This document shows, one piece after another, positions 1 to 7,260 of a stretch of DNA of 64,000 bases. The stretch lies in assembly GCA_050175015.1 (NCBI GenBank), contig JBFXJJ010000010.1:9987-73986 (forward strand), in the 5' to 3' direction. Every line of letters begins with the position of its first letter. Positions within the stretch are counted from its first letter, which is position 1. This DNA is from Alphaproteobacteria bacterium (GTDB taxonomy: Bacteria; Pseudomonadota; Alphaproteobacteria; JBFXJJ01). The position numbers and the translations under genes were made by a program. A model generated the notes under the pieces. It was not told the origin of the DNA. It saw only the letters and a program-made list of their open reading frames with translations, and searched no databases.

Positions 1-497
1 GCGTTATTGGCTGAGTAAATTCCGTTGTTATTGCCAAGTTTGGTATGAAGTTTTTCAATATCATTTTTTGTTATTGAGGTTATTTTTTTATAATCCCAAT
101 TTTTAAAATATCGATTGTAAATATCTATATTTTCTTGCCAAGTTCTTTGTTTGGTATGCTTTTTAGAATATTTTTCAATATATTCATCAAAAAGCTCTTG
201 TAATATAAGCTCTTCCTTAAGTCTGTTCTTTTCAATATTAGGATTTTTACCTTCACTAAGCTGAGAAATAATTTCTAAAGCTTTAGCTCGAGCTTTGATT
301 AAAGTTATTTCCGTATTTTTGCCAATAGTGATTTTTAAAGGTCTGCCATTATGCTTTTTATAAATGACATAGGTTTTAACCCCTTTATCGGTAACTCGGC
401 ATATTAAACAGCTAACTTTATCATCTTTAACTGAATATCTTTTGCCCTCTTTAGCTGGCTTTAGTCTTTCAATATAACTTTCTGTAAAATTTGGCAT
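1..497 (-). CDS. Tyrosine recombinase / phage (P4-type) integrase, N-terminal part; the gene runs off the left edge
   Basis: ATG at 497 on the minus strand, preceded by GAGGA. The translation MPNFTESYIERLKPAKEGKRYSVKDDKVSCLICRVTDKGVKTYVIYKKHNGRPLKITIGKNTEITLIKARAKALEIISQLSEGKNPNIEK matches the integrase arm-type DNA-binding N-domain (pattern LTDxxIxxLKP...Y.v.D..v.GL.lrV...G.KtW...Y). It is not in the ORF track because it is open at the window edge. Confidence 0.7.
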   Translation of the reverse strand, partial: MPNFTESYIERLKPAKEGKRYSVKDDKVSCLICRVTDKGVKTYVIYKKHNGRPLKITIGKNTEITLIKARAKALEIISQLSEGKNPNIEKNRLKEELILQELFDEYIEKYSKKHTKQRTWQENIDIYNRYFKNWDYKKITSITKNDIEKLHTKLGNNNGIYSANN

Positions 498-513
498 TTT
501 AAAAAATCCTCAA

Positions 514-600
514 ACTGGGGCTACTTTTTTAAATTTAATTTCAACAAAAGCGTTTTTTTAGAAGGGTTTTATAAAAATCTCGGGGCTACTCTGGGGCTAC
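514..600. repeat. Three copies of GGGGCTAC (517-524, 582-589, 593-600; the last two 11 bp apart) between the integrase start and the tRNA-like core; candidate integrase arm-type binding sites
   Basis: Exact octamer repeats read directly from the sequence (ACTGGGGCTAC, TCTCGGGGCTAC, TCTGGGGCTAC). They lie in the 240-bp int-att spacer. Confidence 0.45.
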
Positions 601-738
601 CTTTTTGATAAAAAACCATCAAAAACGACTTGTTGTTATAAAACCAAGAATCAGGCAAAAGTGTTGAATTGTCAAGGGTTATAATGGCATATAAAAAACC
701 GTCAAACCTAAAACCAGCAAATTTGTAATCAGAGGGTC

Positions 739-766
739 GGGAGTTCAAGTCTCTTAGCCGGCACCA
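739..766 (+). other. tRNA 3'-end-like fragment (T-arm GGGAG-TTCAAGT-CTCTT, acceptor 3' strand AGCCGGC, discriminator A, CCA); putative att core or direct repeat of an integrated element
   Basis: Canonical T-loop TTCAAGT and a ...GCCGGCACCA end are present. No matching 5' acceptor strand (GCCGGCT), D-arm or anticodon arm lies upstream, so this is not an intact tRNA gene. Confidence 0.5.
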
Positions 767-778
767 GAATTCTCAAGG

Positions 779-816
779 GTTTCAAAGTTTTTGCTTTGAA
801 ACTTTTTTGTTTTTTT
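779..816 (+). terminator. Rho-independent terminator immediately after the tRNA-like 3' end
   Basis: Hairpin GTTTCAAAG / loop TTTTTG / CTTTGAAAC, followed by TTTTTTGTTTTTTT. Confidence 0.6.
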
Positions 817-862
817 GATGTCATCTTAGGGATAATCTTTTAAATAAGAATGAAGTTATAAT

Positions 863-1309
863 TTACGGTAACGAGCTATAAGCTTTAATTAACATCATAA
901 TCATATTTTTAAAATTAGAAATTGTATTATAACATTCAGGACAAAAGAATGATGCTAAGTAGTAGCCCAAAAAGACAATAGGAATATTCCCAGGAAGAGT
1001 TGTATAGTAAAGGAAAATACTGACAAGCGTATAAAACCATAAAAAGTAATAGAGTATTTTTTTTATTTTTTGGTTCTTGTTATATTTTAGTGTTTGATAA
1101 TATGAGAAGATTAACACAGAGAAAAACAGTGTATTTCTGCAAAAATAAAACATATTACGGTATTCTCTTGAAGAAAAAGTGTCGTATCTTTCTAAAAAGC
1201 ATAAAAGAACTCCCAAACAAATTTGTAATAAGATGAAATAAACAAAGAAAACACGCCAAAAACCAGTGTTGATATCTATTTTTAAAATATTTTTGATGTC
1301 GTTTTTCAT
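863..1309 (-). CDS. Hypothetical small polytopic membrane protein (148 aa)
   Basis: ORF with several hydrophobic segments and no recognisable family. It sits in a very AT-rich accessory segment. Confidence 0.35.
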   Translation of the reverse strand: MKNDIKNILKIDINTGFWRVFFVYFILLQICLGVLLCFLERYDTFSSREYRNMFYFCRNTLFFSVLIFSYYQTLKYNKNQKIKKILYYFLWFYTLVSIFLYYTTLPGNIPIVFLGYYLASFFCPECYNTISNFKNMIMMLIKAYSSLP

Positions 1310-1352
1310 GAAAAACCCCGTTTTTTCAATAAGTATTGTTTTGTATTTATAT

Positions 1353-1814
1353 TTATCTTAAGTCCGAAGATAAGTTATGCTTTGCCATGTGTAACTCAAT
1401 TATTTTTGGGCGGTATAATGCTGAGCCAATATGGACTAATGGTGTTAAACTTCTAAAATATGAAATAGAAAGCATTGAAAGTATATAGTATAAAATTAAT
1501 GAGTATTTTATTGCATTCCTTGTTTTGTCTGAGTTTACCTTCTTTAATGATTTAAATACAAAAACAAAGCTATATATGGTATATATAACAACAATATATA
1601 AGGGAATGTAGATAAAGATGAAATAAAGTGTAAAATAAAGATAAAGGTTATTTTTAACAATATTATAAAAGCTATCAATGTTGTTCATTAAAATAAAATC
1701 TATTGTCTGTTTGAATATCCCAACAGCAGTTTGCCCTAAAATAAACACATAAAAAATTTGGGTAAAAATATTCTTATTTATATGTCTGCATATATTACTG
1801 AAAAGTGTATTCAT
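1353..1814 (-). CDS. Hypothetical small polytopic membrane protein (153 aa)
   Basis: Hydrophobic, Tyr/Ile-rich ORF lying 44 nt upstream of and co-oriented with 863..1309. It could be a fragment of a larger membrane-protein gene. Confidence 0.35.
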   Translation of the reverse strand: MNTLFSNICRHINKNIFTQIFYVFILGQTAVGIFKQTIDFILMNNIDSFYNIVKNNLYLYFTLYFIFIYIPLYIVVIYTIYSFVFVFKSLKKVNSDKTRNAIKYSLILYYILSMLSISYFRSLTPLVHIGSALYRPKIIELHMAKHNLSSDLR

Positions 1815-1909
1815 TCGATATCATTCCAATGATTAATTTTTTTATTTTCTAAATTAATAAATAGCACAAAATAGCACAGAGTTTAATTTTTAAAACAGTA
1901 TTGTTAGAG

Positions 1910-2527
1910 TTATTGAATGTTGTTTATTATAGCATCACATAGAGCACTATCTTTTCCCTTTTTTATTTTTTTATAGCAATTGTCGAAAATACATAAATTA
2001 TAGAGCCTGTTATAATTATCAATTAAATAAGTATACGAAACTTTTTGTTCGTTAATAATATAATTCTGGTTATTAAACTGAAAAAAATTAAATTCGGAAT
2101 TTAAAGGTAAAGACAATTCCTTCTTTTCAATAGAATATGATGGAAAATAGGCGTTCTTTATTTTTCTTCCGTTGAATTTACTGGCGATACCATTTAAATC
2201 TTTTTCGCTGTTTATAGTCAAACTTGATTGTTTTAGATAGTTTTTAACCTCGTCGATATTGTCAAAATAAACATACCCTAAACGTTCATTCTTGTTGTTT
2301 AACTTTATAATATGAAGCAGTTCTTCTTTGCCATCGTTATTAAAATCAATAAAAATAATTTTATCATCAGTATTAGCAATCTTTGCCATTTGAAACTGGG
2401 TAATTTCGTTGTCCCATTGATACGAATTAAAAGTAGAGGCATTTTGATTGTTATGTTTTGCTGTTGTGTAACCAATAAAACCACAAATTGCCACAAGTAA
2501 AAAAAGAAAAATTACTCTGCTGTTCAT
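1910..2527 (-). CDS. Secreted protein with one copy of the ~150-aa DxNxDG repeat unit (205 aa)
   Basis: N-terminal signal peptide MNSRVIFLFLLVAICGFIGYTTA. It contains WDNEITQFQMAKI...IDFNNDGKEELLHI...KNYLKQSSLTINSEKD...KFNGRKI, the same unit that is repeated in the upstream 919-aa protein. The ATGA start/stop overlap with that gene at 2524-2527 suggests translational coupling. Confidence 0.55.
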   Translation of the reverse strand: MNSRVIFLFLLVAICGFIGYTTAKHNNQNASTFNSYQWDNEITQFQMAKIANTDDKIIFIDFNNDGKEELLHIIKLNNKNERLGYVYFDNIDEVKNYLKQSSLTINSEKDLNGIASKFNGRKIKNAYFPSYSIEKKELSLPLNSEFNFFQFNNQNYIINEQKVSYTYLIDNYNRLYNLCIFDNCYKKIKKGKDSALCDAIINNIQ

Positions 2528-5283
2528 TTGTTATTTACTTTTGTTTGAGATTCTTCAGTTTTTTCCAACTTATCTAAATCTGTACCGCAGAGTTCCTTTA
2601 CTTTTTGTTTGAGGTAAGTTTCAAGCTGTTTTTTAGTATTTTCTGATAAATTAGAATTTTTTACTCTAGCTTTTATTTCATCAGCAAAGCTTTCGTCATA
2701 TAAATAACTATCTTCATGAACGTGGTTTTTAGATATAATCTTAGCCGTGTATAACCTTATGATATTAAGCGGTAAATTTTCATTTTTATATAAGTAAGGA
2801 TAAAACGAGCAAATTTCATGGGATTTATCATCTTTTATTAAATATATATCATCGTAATAAGTATCAAAAAAATAGTTGGTTTTATTATATTTAAAGAATG
2901 AAAAATCATTCCAGTTAAATGGTTGTTTGTTATTCAAGAACTGTTCTGAGATACTGTTTTTTAAATTAGATTTTTTAACGAATCTAATAAAATTATCTTT
3001 ATTTTTTACAATACTGTTTGGTTCCTTTAGAAAAGCATTACTTAGACTTATATCATCTAAATAGATGTCATAACCAATGTTTCCATAAGGTTCATCAATG
3101 GCATCATAAACCCAAGCAATTTCTTGTTCTAGTTCTTCGTGCCTGTTTTTATTTTTTATTGGAAACCTTTCATGGATAAAGATATCACTATTAAATTTCT
3201 GGGCTATTTTCACAAAATCATCTTTGTTTTTAAGAACTAAGTTTGGTTGTTTTAAATATTTTTTAACTTCAGAAATGTTTTTAGAAAAGATTGCAGTATC
3301 AATATTATTATTAATTCCATCTAGAGAATATATTCCTGTAGTATAGATTAACTCATTGTTGTTGTCGTTATTAAAATCAAGCTCAATAATTTTAGATAAA
3401 TTCGCAGCCTCAATTAACATTTGGGCAATGTTATTGTCCCATTCATACGGTTCAATTTTGAAGTTTTGAGAGATATAATTATCAAAATCATTAATAATAT
3501 TTGTTTCGACTGAAAAACCATAATAACTTGCTACATTTTTACAGAAAATATTGTCTTCTCCTTGTTGGGGAATATTGGTTGACCCAACAAAACTGCAAAT
3601 TTCTTTGGCTGAGTTTTTTTCGATTAGAAATACCTGTGTTTGCCAACGATTTTTATTAAGAAAATAAATTTTGCTATCAGAATAAAAAAAGTTAGGTTCA
3701 TCTATTGGCAAAAACCAACGTTCTTTCTTTTCATCAAAATAGGGGGTTCCTGAGGGAGTTATTTCTTTGCCGTTAAATTTTTCTGCAATGTTAAAAAAAT
3801 CATTTTGATTATTTATAACAAAGCTTTTTTGTTTTAATTGTTTGATGATATCGTCAATATTACTGTAATAAATTACAGCTTTTCTCGTTGATATAGAATT
3901 TTCTTTGGCATCTAGGTTATAATTTTTAGAAATATGTATTAACTCTTTTTGCCCATCATTGTTGAAATCAATTAAAATAACCCCATCTAAAGAATCATCG
4001 ATAGGAGGTGTTTGCATTTGAGTTATTTTATGATCCCAATTATATTTCTTTATTCTATGATATTGACCAACATCATTTAAATCAAAATCGCTTGGTATTT
4101 TATTTACGATTTTTTTGGCTTTGACAAGACCATTGTTTTTATTTTTAGCATTCCAGTTGTAGTTTGGGTAAGTTTTAACATTGCTTGGATAGTTTTTTAT
4201 CTTTTCGTTTTTTACCAACAATCCATATGAATTAGCTGCAACATGGCAAACAAGGTTTTCATATCCTGACGTTAGTTCAAAATCAGGCAAAGAAAAACGG
4301 CACAACCTTTTTGCTTGGTTGTTTTCAATTAAGAAAACATTTGTTTTTTCGCTCAATATGTAAGTTTTATTATGGAACTCAAAAAATACAAGATCAATTA
4401 ACGGTAAGGCCCAATCTTGATTTTTCTCTGAGAAAAAAGGAGCATAAGCAAAGTTTATTTCTTTGCCATTAAATTTTTTAACAATAGCATCAAAGTTAGA
4501 TTTATTTTTTAAGGTTAGATTTGGTTGTTTTAAGTATGCTTTGATTGCGCTAATATTTTGAGTGAAAAAGGCGGTATAACCTTTGTAAGTATCATATACT
4601 TCCTGTCCATAATCTTTTAAGTAATAAAATCCTGTAGTATAAATTAGTTCTTTTTTGCCATCATTATTAAAGTCAACTTCAATTATTTTAGATGGTTCTA
4701 GTTTAGCCAGTTGTATTTGCGCAATGTTATTGTCCCAAGACATTTCTTCTATTAGTTTTGGTTTTATGAAATTTTCTTTGTCAGTAAGAAAGCTGTGTTT
4801 CTCGGCAAATGCATAACAAACAGGTTCATTAAAGCCATAGTTAAGAAATAAAGGAGAGTTTGAATTATAATACCATTCATCATAAGTTTTTTTAGGATAA
4901 TTTTTTGCTAGTAACCAAGATGAACCATCTACAATTATTGATTTTGCAAAATCGCCTCTATTACAACTCATAGGAGTGCCATAGTTTTGGTAAAAAGCAT
5001 TTTTATGTAGTTTAGCGCACATAATTCTACATTGTTCTTCCTCTTTTGACTTTGGAGAAAACCCTAAGTAACAATTATGGTTGCATCTAACTTCGCCTTC
5101 TTTGTAACTGAAACCTGTTTCTAATGTAAAATCATTTTTTATTTTATTCAGGCTAGGAATCTTGCTCCAATCTGGATGATACTTCAATTTAGAGAAAACA
5201 GAGTTGCCTTCATCTGCTATGCTAATCGAAGCTGCCAGGGTTAAAAATGTTATGATAAATGCAATAAATTTAAGTGATTTCAT
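2524..5283 (-). CDS. Large secreted protein (919 aa): signal peptide, Cys-rich N-domain, then four tandem ~150-aa repeat units each carrying a DFNNDGKKELI (DxNxDG, Ca-binding-loop-like) motif
   Basis: Signal peptide MKSLKFIAFIITFLTLAASISIA. The repeat units begin WDNNIAQIQLAKLEPSKIIEVDFNNDGKKELIYTTG; WDHKITQMQTPPIDDSLDGVILIDFNNDGQKELIHIS; WDNNIAQMLIEAANLSKIIELDFNNDNNNELIYTTG; a fourth is degenerate. Each unit is followed by KxYLKQPNLxLKNK...KFNGKEI. Confidence 0.6.
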   Translation of the reverse strand: MKSLKFIAFIITFLTLAASISIADEGNSVFSKLKYHPDWSKIPSLNKIKNDFTLETGFSYKEGEVRCNHNCYLGFSPKSKEEEQCRIMCAKLHKNAFYQNYGTPMSCNRGDFAKSIIVDGSSWLLAKNYPKKTYDEWYYNSNSPLFLNYGFNEPVCYAFAEKHSFLTDKENFIKPKLIEEMSWDNNIAQIQLAKLEPSKIIEVDFNNDGKKELIYTTGFYYLKDYGQEVYDTYKGYTAFFTQNISAIKAYLKQPNLTLKNKSNFDAIVKKFNGKEINFAYAPFFSEKNQDWALPLIDLVFFEFHNKTYILSEKTNVFLIENNQAKRLCRFSLPDFELTSGYENLVCHVAANSYGLLVKNEKIKNYPSNVKTYPNYNWNAKNKNNGLVKAKKIVNKIPSDFDLNDVGQYHRIKKYNWDHKITQMQTPPIDDSLDGVILIDFNNDGQKELIHISKNYNLDAKENSISTRKAVIYYSNIDDIIKQLKQKSFVINNQNDFFNIAEKFNGKEITPSGTPYFDEKKERWFLPIDEPNFFYSDSKIYFLNKNRWQTQVFLIEKNSAKEICSFVGSTNIPQQGEDNIFCKNVASYYGFSVETNIINDFDNYISQNFKIEPYEWDNNIAQMLIEAANLSKIIELDFNNDNNNELIYTTGIYSLDGINNNIDTAIFSKNISEVKKYLKQPNLVLKNKDDFVKIAQKFNSDIFIHERFPIKNKNRHEELEQEIAWVYDAIDEPYGNIGYDIYLDDISLSNAFLKEPNSIVKNKDNFIRFVKKSNLKNSISEQFLNNKQPFNWNDFSFFKYNKTNYFFDTYYDDIYLIKDDKSHEICSFYPYLYKNENLPLNIIRLYTAKIISKNHVHEDSYLYDESFADEIKARVKNSNLSENTKKQLETYLKQKVKELCGTDLDKLEKTEESQTKVNNK

Positions 5284-5286
5284 GTT

Positions 5287-6399
5287 TTATCTTGATCTAA
5301 GTTTTTTTATATCAAAAAAGTTTTTTTTGGGTGCTATTTCTAAAATTCTATCATATCCGTTTTCCCTTTCTGGTATATGTTTAGGATTCTCTTTATCAAA
5401 ATCATTAAATGTCTTAGGAAAGTTATTTGAAATATAATTAATAGTTGATTTTCTTAAGCCTACATTTTTGTCGGTTTGTATAAATGTTGATAGATCTTCT
5501 ATGTATATACAGTCTTCAATTAAAAAATTTTTTAAAAAAACTGAGACATCTACATCTTTTGAAAAATTAAATTTATCTTTTTGGGGCTGATTTTGTTTAA
5601 GAAACTTAACCATATTTTCTTCGTAGTAATCTTTTCTTAAGTCACTTAACCATATATTTTTTTTATTAACTTCTTTTTTTCCCTCATTATTTAGATTTGC
5701 TTTATCGGCACCACTATATTCATACCATTCCTTGAAAGCACTTTTTGTTGCTTGCATTGTTCCGTTGCTAATTTCTCTTTCAAAAGCCTTGAAAATATCA
5801 CTTGATGAACTTTCTTTGCGAGCATCAAAATAGACACTAAGATTACTTTCTTTTTTTAGTTCCCAAGTGGCAAGAGCAGAAAATGCTGTAGCATCAGCTT
5901 CCATTACTCGGTCTTTTATAATCCAAGCTCTTATACTGTCTTTTGTTAATTCAATTTCTATTCCTTTTCTATTTTGCCAAAAATGGCGTATTTCATGTGC
6001 AAAAGTTGCAGGCATATTGACCCCATAACTATCTATGTCACTTTTGAATTTGCTATAAGCATCTCCGTATCTTTGTCCGTAAGTTTCTGGGGTGTCGTCT
6101 TTTCCATATTTTTCAATAATGCGAGGAATTATAATTTTTTTATTTACTGAATCAAAAACTCCAAAATTTTTTGTTTCTTTTTTATTGCTATCAGGATTGT
6201 TTTTGTAAACCTCATCACTGAAAACAACCTTTATTTTATCTACCCCTATTTCTTTGATTAGACGTCGGATAGATTTACTTAAGAGAGTATTATAAAACTG
6301 AGAGTGATAAATAATCGCATATTGATCTAGTTTTTGGCACCAAAGATCATTATACACTTCAGGAGAATCGGTCTCTATATCAGGTGTTCTGATATACAT
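5287..6399 (-). CDS. Zincin-like protein with HExxH (AHEIRHF) and a downstream Glu (MEADATAF); putative metallopeptidase-fold protein with no signal peptide (370 aa)
   Basis: The HEIRH motif and a Glu about 30 residues downstream resemble the gluzincin arrangement. The stop lies 3 nt before the start of the 919-aa gene, which indicates an operon. The family could not be assigned from sequence alone. Confidence 0.45.
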   Translation of the reverse strand: MYIRTPDIETDSPEVYNDLWCQKLDQYAIIYHSQFYNTLLSKSIRRLIKEIGVDKIKVVFSDEVYKNNPDSNKKETKNFGVFDSVNKKIIIPRIIEKYGKDDTPETYGQRYGDAYSKFKSDIDSYGVNMPATFAHEIRHFWQNRKGIEIELTKDSIRAWIIKDRVMEADATAFSALATWELKKESNLSVYFDARKESSSSDIFKAFEREISNGTMQATKSAFKEWYEYSGADKANLNNEGKKEVNKKNIWLSDLRKDYYEENMVKFLKQNQPQKDKFNFSKDVDVSVFLKNFLIEDCIYIEDLSTFIQTDKNVGLRKSTINYISNNFPKTFNDFDKENPKHIPERENGYDRILEIAPKKNFFDIKKLRSR

Positions 6400-6770
6400 T
6401 GGGCCTCCTTCTGTGGTAAGAGCATCTATATTTCTTGTGCTTCTATAGCGTCGACATCGTTCTCTATTTGCAAGTCATGCTTGCTAGCAAGGCTGTTCTT
6501 CCTTCCTGAAAGAAATTCTTTAATGCCACCTTTGGCTTTAAATTGTTCAACTTTAGATGATTTAACCATAATAAAAAATCCTGTTGTTTATTTTTAAAAA
6601 AATAAATCTGATTGGAATAATAACGTTTCAATTTTATAGGCTGTTTTTTTGAACATATTTTAATTATAAGGATGTTTTGTTGCAAGTTATAGTTTTGTAA
6701 CAAATATTATTACAGCTAATTTGTTTAAAGAAACTGCCAGTTACAATGATTACAATAAAATTAAGTGATT

Positions 6771-6944
6771 TCATTGGCCGTTTCTGCTTGCTTGAGGTTT
6801 TTTCATTCTTTCTAACTTATCCCAATCTGTGCCGCAGAGTTTCTTGACTTTTTGTTTGAGATAGGTTTCAAGCTGTTTTTTAGTATTTTCTAATAAATTA
6901 GAATTTTTTACTCTAGCTTTTATTTCATATACAAAGCATATCAT
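6771..6944 (-). pseudogene. Truncated duplicate of the 3' end of the 919-aa repeat-protein gene (58-aa remnant ORF)
   Basis: 6814-6940 is about 92% identical to 2566-2690, the C-terminal coding end of 2524..5283. The remnant translates as ...IKARVKNSNLLENTKKQLETYLKQKVKKLCGTDWDKLE, against the full gene's ...IKARVKNSNLSENTKKQLETYLKQKVKELCGTDLDKLE. Confidence 0.6.
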
Positions 6945-7260
6945 TTGGTTTCAATCATAAAAAAGAAACGCAAATATATTTGCATTTAAACGTTTTTTGT
7001 TCTAATAACGCTTAAGTGTTGTAATATTTGTGTTTAGAATAATTTTGCCGCAAATTTAAAGGCTGTATAAGCTAAGGTTATGTTTGGCTAAGTATTTAAA
7101 AAAATGTTTTCTTCTTTATTATGAAGAAAAACGGAATAGGAAAAAATAATAAATTATAGCAAATATTCAAATTTATTATTGACCATAATTAAAAATAGCA
7201 ATAATCAAAAAAACAATAAACTGCTTTTTTAGTAGGTTTTTTATGGAGAAATAAAAGAAT

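Noticed and set aside
690-766. An intact tRNA gene ending at the CCA at 764-766
   Set aside because: Only the T-arm and 3' acceptor strand are present. The 76 nt upstream contain no complementary 5' acceptor strand (GCCGGCT), D-arm or anticodon stem-loop, and the T-stem would need two G-U pairs. It is treated as an att-core fragment, not a gene.
2305-2500. Small ORFs 2305..2496 (-) and 2312..2500 (+)
   Set aside because: They lie entirely inside the better-supported 1910..2527 CDS in other frames. They are AT-rich frame artefacts.
2524-5283. CRISPR-like or other tandem DNA repeat array in the repeat-protein gene
   Set aside because: The periodicity is at the protein level (about 150-aa units), the nucleotide copies are divergent, and there are no short direct repeats with unique spacers. 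No CRISPR array is present anywhere in the window.
5301-5325. Shared 21-nt motif ATATCAAAAAAGTTTTTT(T)GGG at 5301-5325 and 14959-14982
   Set aside because: A low-complexity A/T string in very AT-rich DNA; the two copies lie in different contexts, and chance is the simplest explanation.
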